Assembly (NCBI RefSeq): GCF_006345805.1
Contig: NW_021832125.1
Coordinates: 62,001 to 126,000, forward strand
Length of the DNA stretch: 64,000 bases
Direction: 5' to 3'
Origin: Octopus sinensis
Taxonomy: Eukaryota
Under the pieces are notes generated by a model, which had not been told where the DNA came from, ran no database searches, and worked only from the letters and a program-made list of their open reading frames with translations. Positions within the stretch are counted from its first letter, which is position 1; each line of letters opens with the position of its first letter. The position numbers and the translations under genes are program-made. Below are positions 1 to 10,975 of the stretch, one piece after another.

Positions 1-404
1 ACAAAAATTTTGTATGTGTCAGAAAATATCCGCAATTAACCGACAATGCTATGAAAATGGCTTGTATATTTGGAAGCACATTTTTATGTGAACAGTTATT
101 CTCTAAAATGAATAATGTAAAAAATTGTCTGAGAACGAGGATTACCGATTCACATCTTAACGATATATTACGTTTAGCAACTAGTCAGATTAATGAGTAA
201 AATAAATTCACTTCTTTATAATCATTTTTAACTGATAAATTTTTATTTCGTAAGAAAGTTGCAAAAAAAACTTGATACAGAAAGATCGCAATGTGCAAGT
301 GTTGCCTTATTTTTGTGACCGATAAGGATTTTTTCTCGTTTGCCCCGGATCGCATACAAAAATAAAATTTTGGCCCGCGAAGACAAAAATCCTGCCGACC
401 CCTG
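1..404 (+). mobile_element. 3' end of a hAT (SPIN/Charlie-like) transposon
   Basis: Frame 3-200 reads RKYPQLTDNAMKMACIFGSTFLCEQLFSKMN...RITDSHL*, the hAT dimerisation domain. Terminal ...GCCGACCCCTG ends at 404, followed by TTTTAGAC (NNNTANNN-type target). Confidence 0.85.
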
Positions 405-981
405 TTTTAGACAAATGTGTTTATTGTCAAGTATTGGCTATTTATTTATTAGCTAGTCCAAAAAATTGATGGCAACCAAGCCACCTATCACTCCAATCAT
501 TGCCAGAGGTCCTAGAGACCGTTATATCGCAGATCTTATAGATCTCAGAAGATATTCAGAAATAAATCGATCAAACTCGTGGGTAAACTTAAATAATTAT
601 TTATATGAAGGTTCTAGTGGTCATTGATTCGTTTACTAAGTATGCTGTTGTAGAATTAGCAAAGAATTAAAGTGCATTGGAAATTTCATCTCTACTTGAG
701 AATATTTTTTACGTTATTGGAGAACCCGTCATTCTCCAAACTGATAACGGAAGGGAGTTTCGCAATTCTGAAATGGATAAGCTGTGTGAATTTTCTAAAA
801 TAAAGCATATCTGTGGAAGACCTAGAGCACCTTGGGTACAAGGACAAGCTGAAAGGTTTATTTTAAAGCTATAATAAAAAGGTTCAACCAATCAATTAAA
901 CGGTGGATATCCTCAACAAGTGCTTCATCTGGAAGTTTTGGAGTTTACTTCAACATTATAAAGAGGATCGTATATGATTAC
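405..981 (+). mobile_element. Ginger-like integrase pseudogene, copy A, 5' part, with three micro-introns
   Basis: Splicing 431-456, 583-610 and 856-881 gives CVYCQ|SKKLMATKPPITPII...DLIDL...W|VLVVIDSF...QTDNGREF...QGQAER|FNQSIKRW (H2C2 plus rve core). In-frame TAA at ~668. Interrupted at 981 by a hAT. Confidence 0.85.
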
Positions 982-1791
982 TAGGGCGATTTTTTTTTAA
1001 CCTGAAAAATAAAAATTTTAACCTAAAAACTTTAACTTTATTAACCTAAAAACTAAAAAAATTAACTCAATAATTTAACTTTGTAAATAAACAATAAAAA
1101 CACTAAAACTGTTTGTTGCACATACAAATTACATAATTTTCTAAATTTTCTTGTAGAAAATTTCGGTTGGATCTTAGAAAACTCTTTATTAGAGAGAAAG
1201 TTCTTTCAACCGAGCACGAGGTCGGCTGACAATTCAGAAGTAATGCATACTCGGCAGGAGATATTTGTGAATTAGTCATTCTAATTATGTTCGAAATATC
1301 GTTTGTTTTAAGCCTTTTAATTATGTATTCTTTCCAACGATTCTAAACAATAATATGCCTGTTCAATTGTGAAGCGCGTACTTTCAAATTTCGTAATAAT
1401 ATCTGCAATAGCGACATTTACTCGAAAACCTGGAATGTTTGAATAGCTTCGGATAAGGTCACATAGACTGCTCACTAATACATTGTTTCGAAGACTTTCT
1501 TTGGCTGTTCGAACTAGATATCCATCATCCGCGAATGACTCGAAAATATTTTGTACTCCGATCAGATTTTCTGAATAGTAAGTAGCGGCCTTAAGGCAAC
1601 TCCCCCATCTTGTCAAATGCACACGAGGTGGAATGGCGATGTTTCTGTCTTTAAATATTCGTTATGATTTGATTGACACAGCATCTAGCCTTCGATGGTG
1701 AGGGTACTCGCACAGAACCTCCGTAAAACAATTCTCTAAGCCATGGCATAGATAGTTTGTTTAGCGGAATATCGGATTTAATGAATGCTCT

Positions 1792-3834
1792 ACGATATGC
1801 GAAGATCTGTTTATCGGATACGATACGTCTCGGACAATCTGGTCGGACCTTGAGGTATCAATGAAAAAGCATTTGACACCGTATCCAATACAAAACATCT
1901 CTTCGAATATACAAATTGAAAAACTTGATAAAATTCTCAGAGAAGCTATACTGGACTTTCTCCGAAAATCTTCAATCAGGAAATACATCATGTCAAATAC
2001 TAACAGAAAAACCCGGATTGACGAATCTTTGGGAAAACTTATAAAATGGAAGGGAAACCTTGAAAAGAAGCTAAGACGATGCAGTGACCCCATAGATCGT
2101 ATTCGTCTTCGGGATAAGATTCGTACCGTGAAAATAGAGATAAATGATGTCGCAAAAAAACATTCAGACCTTGCTTGGAAGAGTCAATGCTCGAAACTGA
2201 ATAAGAAAAACCCTCATTTTTGGAAGGTTTTCAACAGACTGAGTAATATGGAGAACAAAGGAGAAGAGATCCGACTAAAAACAACTGAAGGAATAGATAT
2301 CCCGCTCGATGAAGTTCCCTCACATCTGCGAAGTCAACTGGCAAAAGTTCAAGAGGTGGATCCGATCGACATGGTTCCGAAAGAAGTTATATGTGAGGCT
2401 CAGAGAAGTCTAAGAGCTAATTTGAGTCATACGGGACCACTGTGCAGAGACATAACGTTGGAAGAAACGTATGCCGCAATTATGAGCTGCAAGAATAATG
2501 CACCCGGCCATGACTACATTCCAATTTCTGTATTCAAACATGCTCCAAATATTCTCCTACGATACTTGACCGCACTATACAATGCAAGCTGGAGACTTGG
2601 ATACGTACCGGACTCTTGGAAAAAGTCAATCGTACGTATGATTCCAAAGCCTGGAAAAATAAAGGACCATGCAGAGAACTATAGGCCGATAAGCCTAATA
2701 TGCTCCGTCTCTAAAATTATGGAACGGATTGTCTTCACAAGACTTTCGAACTTCGTAGAGGAATCAGGTGCACTTGCAGTAGAGCAGTGGGGATTCCGAC
2801 GAAAAAGATCCTGTGGTGATTGTTTCGGAGAACTCGAGAAAGTCATCTCGCTTAGTCTTGCTAATAATACAGCGACTATTGCTATCTGCCTCGATGTCTC
2901 AAAAGCTTTTGACAGCGTATGGCACCTGGGCCTCTTGGAAAGTGTCGCCAAGAGCAAACCCGGGTCTAAAACGGTCAATTGGCTGAAGAGCTATTTATCA
3001 ATGAGAAGGTCATACATACGATGCGGAAACCGTTTGTCGGAATCTGTCGATCTCAAAAGAGGGGTACCTCAAGGCTCGGTCTTGAGCCCCCTGCTTTTTA
3101 ATATTTACGTTGCTGATATTCCAAAACCGAAAGATCCTACCAGTCGTCTCATGATCTACGCGGACGACATATTAATAACGGATGCTTCGTGGAGAAAAGA
3201 CATCTCGTGGAGGAAGTTAAAAGGATACGTGACAAGAGTGGAAGAATGGTGCATATCAAAAGGACTGACGCTTGCAAAAGAAAAGTGCACCGCCACTTGG
3301 ATTGCAAAACAGGGAGCAAAACGAAAACCGCCGAGAAACCTCTATGGGTTTACAGTAACGGAGAACCTGAAATACCTTGGGGTTGAAGTTGGATCCAAGG
3401 GTTCTTACTTCAGATACATCGACTCGAGGAGAAGGAAATGCGCTCAAATTCTCAGGAGCATAATTCACTTCCACCTTTCCCCGGAAACGTTTTTATATGT
3501 TTATAAAACGTGCGTCGAACCATTGCTTACCTACGGGTTCGAGGGATGGTATCCTACTGCTGAAAGGGATGGCATTATCGCTAAGCTCGAAAAGACGAGG
3601 CGATATGCCATCAAATTGGCAAATGGACTCCAGTTGGACCAACCCATCCCTCAAGTGATGGAAGACGCGACGGAAACGGTTGGAAGTGTTCTTGAGAGAG
3701 CCTTTTCTTCTCGAATTAAATATTAAAAAAAAAAAAAGAGGGAAACAACGAAGAAGAGGCATACGTTGTCTCATTAACTTTCTCCCTCTTTTTTCGGCTT
3801 TTCCGTTAATAAAAATTCATTCATTCATTCATTC
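1792..3834 (+). mobile_element. 5'-truncated LINE (clade uncertain, CR1/Jockey-group-like)
   Basis: 11-bp TSD ATGAATGCTCT at 1781-1791 and 3835-3845. AATAAA plus (ATTC)5 tail. Removing it rejoins the hAT frame DDWALQVTRAFIKSDIPL. Confidence 0.92.
1861..3726 (+). CDS. Non-LTR reverse transcriptase (621 aa, uninterrupted)
   Basis: YRPISL, QWGFR, LDVSKAFDSV, GVPQGSVLSPLLFNIY, YADD and KYLG motifs. Confidence 0.95.
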   Translation: MKKHLTPYPIQNISSNIQIEKLDKILREAILDFLRKSSIRKYIMSNTNRKTRIDESLGKLIKWKGNLEKKLRRCSDPIDRIRLRDKIRTVKIEINDVAKKHSDLAWKSQCSKLNKKNPHFWKVFNRLSNMENKGEEIRLKTTEGIDIPLDEVPSHLRSQLAKVQEVDPIDMVPKEVICEAQRSLRANLSHTGPLCRDITLEETYAAIMSCKNNAPGHDYIPISVFKHAPNILLRYLTALYNASWRLGYVPDSWKKSIVRMIPKPGKIKDHAENYRPISLICSVSKIMERIVFTRLSNFVEESGALAVEQWGFRRKRSCGDCFGELEKVISLSLANNTATIAICLDVSKAFDSVWHLGLLESVAKSKPGSKTVNWLKSYLSMRRSYIRCGNRLSESVDLKRGVPQGSVLSPLLFNIYVADIPKPKDPTSRLMIYADDILITDASWRKDISWRKLKGYVTRVEEWCISKGLTLAKEKCTATWIAKQGAKRKPPRNLYGFTVTENLKYLGVEVGSKGSYFRYIDSRRRKCAQILRSIIHFHLSPETFLYVYKTCVEPLLTYGFEGWYPTAERDGIIAKLEKTRRYAIKLANGLQLDQPIPQVMEDATETVGSVLERAFSSRIKY

Positions 3835-4360
3835 ATGAATGCTCTGGTTACTTGTAGAGCCCAATCATCATTTTTTACATATTGGTCAATATTTGTTTGG
3901 TGTGATATGGTCAGATAATCTACAAAAAATAATTTTTATTTCGAATAAACTCAATGAATTTTGATGTTTCTGTGAGGATCGATGAGAATTTACAAAATGC
4001 CTTTTTTCGCATTTAATATTACACAAACAGAGACGACAATATAATACACCATCCTCAAGAATCATAAATTCTTGAGGATAATCCTTAACAATGGCTTTAG
4101 CTTTGATTTGATACGATTTTGCTATCTTAGGCATGTCAACCAAAAATTTTTGCTACAAAATGTATTATTAATCGTTAATTTAAAAATTTAATAAATTATA
4201 TTAAAAATTATAAGGTTAAAATAATTTTAACCTCAAAATTTTAAATTTTAACTTTTTAACCTAATAATATTGTTTAATATGTGTCACGCGCCATAAATGA
4301 AACGCGTGCCTAAAGTGAAACGCCGTGACCTTGAATTTAACCTTCAATTAAGCTCTTGAC

Positions 4361-5109
4361 CAGGGGTTCTCAACCTTTTTAGCTCCAAGCCAGTAACTCG
4401 TTTGCAATCCGAAGTGCAGCCACTGCTGATGCGTAATGAGTTTGTTAACTCTTTTAATTTCTATTTCCTTTATAAAGAAATAAAAGCTAAAAAATCTACA
4501 AAAGGCGTTGTAACTAAAAAGAAAGTATTATTTGTTTATTAAGTTTTTGAAATCGGAATAAGTAAAGTCGAAGAAGTTCGTAAAAGCTGACTCAAGTGAT
4601 TATCCGTGAGCTTGTTACGATATTTATTTTTTATTCGAATCATTTTACTAAATATTGATTCGCATAAATATGTAGATTTAACATTGATATATTCATATAT
4701 GCATTGTGTGTTATATTTTTGAATTTGTCTTGAGGAATTAATTCGTAAAAATTAACAATAGACGCATTTTTGAACAATGCCGCCAGTTCTATATCATGTT
4801 GTAAACTAATGAGTTCTAGTTGAATTTTGCAGGCGCATCCTTAATTTCCACGCTTAATGGAGTTGCAAATATTTTCATTAAAGGAAGGAATTCTTTAAAA
4901 TTCTAAAAATTAAATTTATATAAATGTATCCCGAAACGTGCTTCAAATTGATTAATTAAATCACCAATTATGGATATGTTTAACCTTAAGAATGAATAAT
5001 TAAATTTAGACATTATTAAAAAATTAAAAAAGTTAGTTACTCTAGAGGGGCCGCAAAAAAAATCCTGGGGGCCACATGCGGCCCCGGGGGCCGCATTTGA
5101 GAACCGCTG
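4361..5109 (-). mobile_element. Non-autonomous hAT (internal deletion derivative)
   Basis: TIRs CAGGGGTTCTCAA / TTGAGAACCGCTG. 8-bp TSD CTCTTGAC at 4353-4360 and 5110-5117. STYLCESIFSKM remnant on the minus strand. Confidence 0.9.
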
Positions 5110-5171
5110 CTCTTGACAATTATCAAGTCAATATTAAAGATGATTGCGCACTTTGAGATAATATTATCGAA

Positions 5172-6408
5172 ATGAGATTTGCCAACATTGTAAAGGATGA
5201 TCAGGAGTATAAGAATATTCTTGATTTTTTAATAAATAATACAATACCAGAAGATTTTTCAAGACTAAAAAGATTTCGTTTTCTCAAAAAATGTAGAAAT
5301 TTCGTAAATTCTGGAAATACTATTAAATCTAATGATAGGTGTGCTATATTATAAACAATCTGATGGAAACAAAATATTGGTAATTGCCTCAAATGATTTC
5401 GAATCCATGAAACTGCATTGTGAAAGGATTCATTCAATTTATCACTATGGATTTAATAAAATGGAAGAGTATTGCAAAAATAATTTTTGCATAATCAATC
5501 GAAACATAATTAGGGATGTAATATCATCATGCCACAAATGTCAGCGAAGTCAGCCCTTAAAGACAAAATATCCACTAGTCAACATAGTAGCCAAAGAACC
5601 TCGAGAACGGTTCATTCAATAGCTTATTTTTAGCTATCAAGTTGATTTAGTCGATCTTTCGTTTTATGCAGATATAAATGATTCCTATAAATATCTTATG
5701 AATGTCATAGATATTTATTCAAAATTTTACTTTGCTAAAAAAATAGAAAATAAAGAAACAGTTACAGTTTCGGAATCATTGAAAACTATATTTCTTTCCT
5801 ATGGTCCACCAAAAATTCTGCAGTCTGACAACGGAACAGAATTTGTTAATTCAGAAATAACGTCATTATGTGAAGAATTTAAAATAATTCATAAAAGGGG
5901 ACGTCCAAGACATCCAGAATCACAGGGACAAGTGGAGCGTTGCAATCAAACCATTTGCAGATGGATTCACAAAGAACTCACAGACAAACAGAAAAAATGG
6001 GTGGATGTGTTAGAAAAAATTGTATATCAGTACAATATTTCAATTCATTCTTCTATAAATATGTCACCATTTATGGCTTTTTTCCGAACAAGAGGATATA
6101 ACATTTCTTATTATAATGATGATGAATTAATTGAAGAACATGAAAATCAAACTATCATAAATGACAAATATCTTGAAAGAATGGAACGAAATTTTTCAAA
6201 AACATTGAAAGAAATTGCAATTGGAAATAATGTTTTGCTGAAAAAAGATTTTGATACAAATCAAAGGACGAAGAAGCGAAAATTAGAATCTTTTTATCAT
6301 CAACAAATCTTTACTGTTGAAGATTTAATTTCAAATAATAGAGTTAAAATAAAAGATCAAGATGGAAATGAAAAAATAGTATTTAAATCACAAGTTAAAA
6401 AAATTTAG
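5172..6408 (+). CDS. Ginger-like DDE integrase with H2C2 zinc finger, spliced
   Basis: H..H...CHKC zinc finger. The 24-nt intron 5610-5633 joins ER|YQVDLVDL. Core LQSDNGTEF...SQGQVERCNQ. The first junction near 5314-5338 lacks a GT donor. Confidence 0.8.
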
Positions 6409-6748
6409 ACAGGTAAATTTTCAGGTTAAAATATTTTTAATTTTTTGGTAATTTTAAAATGGCTAACCATTATTTAAATAAATTGTTAATCTTTCAAACG
6501 ATAATAATAAAAAATTGATTTCTCGGTTTTATTCCTGTTTTCATCAAAGGATTGTTAATTTTATTTTCGAGGTTTTTTGTGGTTTTCTCAAGGTTCACAG
6601 CGTTTCACTTTAGGCAAGCGTTTCATCCATTGCGCGCGACAATATGCATTTATTTATAATAAAATATAGTTAAAAAATCATTTAAATTATTATTTATTTA
6701 CTATTATTAAATTTTAACTTTTTTAACTTAGTTCGCCCTAATGATTAC

Positions 6749-7198
6749 AATCGAACAAAACATGACACGACCAAGAATATTCCTTTTCGAAGTTTTATGG
6801 GAATTAAAAAAAGACCAGACGAAAATGAAATAAATGCATTAATGGCATTCGATGGAACTGACCCAGAAGAAGAAATAAATTACGAAAAAAATGAATGCTT
6901 GGAAGATGACCAGCAGAATATGAAGATTCTGGAAAATCTTCAAAAAGCAGGCGAGAAAATGAAGAAAAAAAGAAAATGGCGATATGATGAGGAAAATATA
7001 AACGTGGGAGATAAAGTGATTATTAGACATGATTATGATGGAAATGTTTCAAACAGAAAGTATCCTTTGTATGATGAAATACAAACAAATATGTATACAG
7101 TGATTAATCAAGAATTTCATAATTATGATCTAGAAGATATGGAAAAAAATGTAATCAAAAATGTTAATATCTCGAGACTTTCTAAAATTTTAAAATAA
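6749..7198 (+). mobile_element. Ginger-like integrase copy A, 3' part
   Basis: After removing the hAT, IVYDY joins in frame to NRTKHDTTKNIPF... and ORF 6797-7198. Confidence 0.85.
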
Positions 7199-7699
7199 AT
7201 AGTTGAAACTTTTAATGTTTTGCATTGTGTCGTATACGGGGTTTTTTAATTAAGTTTTAATAAAACTGTTATTTAGAGTTCCTCTTAACACTAGAAATTG
7301 TAATCAGAAAGTATTAAAGATCGTATTAATCATAAAATCCGAGTCAAATACACTGCGGCCGCAGGCCGCATAGGGAACAGTATCAAATGACTTCCAACAA
7401 TTAGAGTTTGGTTAAGATTGTCTTTCGAAATTGACTTTTTACGTTAGAATATTCATATCTCAAATTTTAAAAGTTTACTATTACTATTTTAAAATGAAAA
7501 ATTGATTATTTTATTATGGAATACCCTCTAAATATAATAAACAATATAATAATTAATCAATAATTTTCAAAAATGAGGTTAGGTCTGTTATGTTGTCAAT
7601 CTTGGTTTTCCAGAAGTCATTAAAACCATCAAAAATAGGTTTAAAATTGGACTTAGAAAAAAGTAAGATACTTTTCATATGGACGTAATTGATATTAAT

Positions 7700-7752
7700 G
7701 ACATTTTGATGCGGTCCATTAATATGCCGGGTCCATTAATGAGCCGGTGACA
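7700..7752. repeat. Ginger-type terminal repeat (right end), possibly the end of copy A
   Basis: Ends ...GAGCCGGTGACA (reverse complement TGTCACCGG) with internal GGTCCATTAAT repeats. Partner end not seen. Confidence 0.5.
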
Positions 7753-7789
7753 ATAAATAATTGGCCATCCCATTGCCCGCTTCTTTATT

Positions 7790-8041
7790 TGGAAAATATT
7801 AAAATAATGTTTTTTTCCAAAATACAGTACATGGCATATTCAGCCAATAGATCTGGGCATTATAAAAACGTTCAAAGTACATTTTACAAGACACAAATTA
7901 CTTTATTTAACAAAAGTTTAATTATTTTTAAATAAATTAAATAGAAAATTAAATAAAAATTATATTCTGAAATCTGCCATTTCTCAAAATGGCCACAATT
8001 TAGCCAGGAACAAAAAATGGCAAATTTGAGAGAGTTTACTG
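7790..8041 (+). mobile_element. Tigger/pogo remnant with right TIR
   Basis: FFPKYSTWHIQPIDLGIIKTFK resembles the DDE_1 motif. Ends GAGAGTTTACTG then TA, the same TIR family as 62895. Confidence 0.65.
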
Positions 8042-8359
8042 TACTAGAAAGAATTAAATTTAATTCAAGAAATCCATATGAATGAAGATTAATTAATTGA
8101 TAAATTGAATACAAATTTACTTGCAAAATAAACTTTATAAAAAATATTTTACCAGTAGTCAATTTAATTAATCTTCAAACAAATAAAAAACAAAAATATT
8201 ATAAAAATACAGAATTAATTGCAAGAAAAAATAAAATAGGAATTAACAACCAGAAGCACAACAAAAAAAATAGCGTGCATAACACGTGATATCTAATTTA
8301 TCCTAATTAAGTCAATAAATTTAAAATATTTAAAAAAATAAATACTATTTAGTATTTTC

Positions 8360-8660
8360 CGTTGTATAGATACTTTCTCAACGTCAAGGACCCATTCTTC
8401 CGTTGCGAACCCTTGTTCGGCTGCAAACCACGCCGAAAGGATGAAATTACAGAAGTATTCTTCCCTCGCAGACCGCTATCGTTTTACGCCAATCGCCCTG
8501 GAGCCGCGGGAAAGGAGACCGACTTGTTCCTCAACGAGGTCGGGCAGTCAATTGGGAGGAGGCTTAAGGATTCGAGAGAGGACCTCTGGTTCCGCCAGCG
8601 CATCGGTCTGGCCATCGTTCGCGGCAAGGACGCATAGCGCATCGGTCTGCCGCTGGCACG
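8360..8660 (+). mobile_element. CRE-like retroelement 3' fragment (RLE domain)
   Basis: CIDTF...PCSAANHAERMKLQKY...RFTPIALE...QRIGLAIVRG, frameshifted. Confidence 0.8.
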
Positions 8661-8804
8661 TAACTTTCGCCTTTCATATTTTCTTCTGCTAAAAAAATTA
8701 GTGCGTCTGCTTTCAGTCGATTCTTCTCCTTTTCAAGCCTAAGCCAATATCTTCAAAAGCCACATTTATCGACTTTTTAGGGCAAATAATTTATTAATTA
8801 AATA

Positions 8805-9969
8805 CAGTCAACCCTCTCTATAGTGAACCCTCTCTATAGTGAACAGGCCATATTAATGCAATCTACAATAACAAATATTAGTAATTCTCATTAATATATT
8901 TATTATAAAATGAATACCACGTTTAAAAATGTATAATATCATTTATTTAAATATTTTTGTGTTCACTATTAAAGAATAGTGAACGTCAAATTTTTGTGAA
9001 CATAAAAATATTAAATTTAATATTTTTACATATACATTTAAAATTCTTTAAAATGAATAAACTACACGTTCTACAGATGTTAGCATGGTGGAAAATCGAA
9101 AACGCCTGTCATTTTTTCAAAAGAAGGAAATAATCGAATTTTATCATAAAATAGACATTACACACAGCGCGATTTATCCCTTTATTTCAATGTTTCTCTG
9201 GGCTGCATAAACAAAATTTTGAAAAATTCTGAAGGAATACTTAATGTTCAAGATTACCAAAAAAAGAAGAAAATTTACTTGTCCAAGTCTCAACCATTCG
9301 ACAGAGATCTATTTGAATGGTTCGTTCAAAGACAGGTATAGACAACTCCTATGTGCACACTTGATTGAATTTTATACTAATGATGACAATGTAGATCACG
9401 AAAAAGTTGCGGAAAAGTTGAAGAAATTCACTCTATTGAATTGCTTGATATTCATAAATCAAGCTTGGTTAGAAGTGTCGGAATTAACAATTACAAATTG
9501 TTTCAAGAAAGCATTTGAAAATGCGTTAATACTGAACCTGACAGAAATAGAAGAAATAGATGATGAAAATTTTTTTATTCATGAAAATGATCAAATTGAC
9601 AACGAAAACTTTATACAAAACTTTGCGAGAAAACTAAAACAGCAAGACCAAGTTGAAGAGGAAGATGAAAAAATTTATGTTCCGACACTATATGAAGATA
9701 GTGAATATGCGAAGGCGCTTGAATTATGGTTTCTTGAGAATGATTATGAACAAAGAGGAAAAGTATACGAAATACAAAAAATTTTAAGAAATTATCAAAC
9801 TAATCATTCTCAAAAAATCACCGATTACATGATTAAAATCTCTAAATAATCTTTGTAATTATACTTTAATATTGTTTGTTGTTATTTTGATTCCTTTTGT
9901 TCACTATAGACAATAGTGAACATGATGTTTTGACGTGGACATTTTGTTCATTATAGAGAGGGTTGACTG
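8805..9969 (+). mobile_element. Tigger/pogo element, internally deleted
   Basis: TIR CAGTCAACCCTCTCTATAGTGAAC at both ends. TA TSD at 8803-8804 and 9970-9971. ORF 9244-9849 has LNCLIFINQAWLEVSELTITNCFKKA (DDE_1 C-terminus). Confidence 0.9.
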
Positions 9970-9999
9970 TATTCTTAATTTTTGTTTAAATTAAGAATC

Positions 10000-10975
10000 A
10001 CGTGAGAATGGTTTTGTTGTATCTATTACAATCCTTTGTTGAAAAATTAATTAATTATATTGAAACTGGCTTGATAGAAGATGAAACACAAAGGAAAGAA
10101 CGTTTTAAAATACGTTCTCTCTCAAAAAAATTTTATTTATGAGCAATCTGTGCTTTTCATTGTGAAAAATGGTAAAAAACTAAGATTCTTCACTATCGAA
10201 CAAAATGAATTTAAGATGAAAACAATTGAGGTAAATATAAAATCAAATTTTGTAGGCTGAACACAATTTAAACCATTTTGGTCGTGATAGGCTTTATTCC
10301 AAACTCTGTGAAGAAATTTATCCGATTACGAGAAAAGAGGTCCTTACTGTTGTAAGCCGGTGTGAAGTTTGCCAGGTTTAATATTTATGAGCAATATAGG
10401 CGATGCGTTTGATGGCCACTAAACCAACTATTACTCCTATTATAGCTTATGAACCACGAGATCGTTATCTCATAGATCTAATTGAACGAAGATATGCTGA
10501 TATTAATGATAGGTATTCATGGGTATTCGTGATTTAATATTGTAGTTGTTAGTATTAATAGACTCATTTTCAAAATTTGGAGTCGTTGAACCTGCAAAGA
10601 CAAAAAATGCTATTGAAATTTCAAAATTAATAAAATCAATTTTTTGCACCATTGGACATCCAATTCTTTTGCATAGTGACAATGGAAAGGAATTTAGAAA
10701 CTCCTTGTTAGAGAATGTATGCAAGGAGTTTGGAACTAAACAAGTTTTCGGCAGGCCAAGAGCACCTTGGATTCAGGGCCAAGTAGAAAGGTCGCTTAAG
10801 AAAAATTTAATTATATAGATTCAATCAATCTATAAAAAGATGGATATCGGCTACAAGTGCTACGAATGGAACATTTGGGAGATATTTGGATATTATTAAG
10901 AAAATTGTGTATGACTATAACACAACAAAACATGATACTACGAAACACAAACCATTTGACGTGTTTATGAGAATT
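10000..10975 (+). mobile_element. Ginger-like integrase pseudogene, copy C (family of copy A)
   Basis: Introns 10231-10255, 10376-10399, 10523-10545 and 10791-10818; the last three are at the same positions as in copy A. LHSDNGKEF...QGQVER|FNQSIKRW. 3' end lost at the Helitron. Confidence 0.85.

Larger units (their letters stand above)
4282..6641 (+). mobile_element. Ginger2/TDD-like DNA transposon, copy B, both ends present
   Basis: About 55-bp imperfect TIRs (TGTCACGCG... and ...CGCGCGACA). 5-bp TSD ATATG at 4277-4281 and 6642-6646. Confidence 0.92.
982..6740 (-). mobile_element. CGGBP1-like hAT transposon, internally deleted, hosting nested insertions
   Basis: TIR TAGGGCGA at 982 and its reverse complement ending 6740. 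8-bp TSD ATGATTAC at 974-981 and 6741-6748. Zn-finger N-terminus LYCRLC...H...H (3886-4143), 31-nt intron 3920-3950, PPRVHLTRWG and PTSCSVERTFS motifs at ~1200-1790. Confidence 0.9.
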
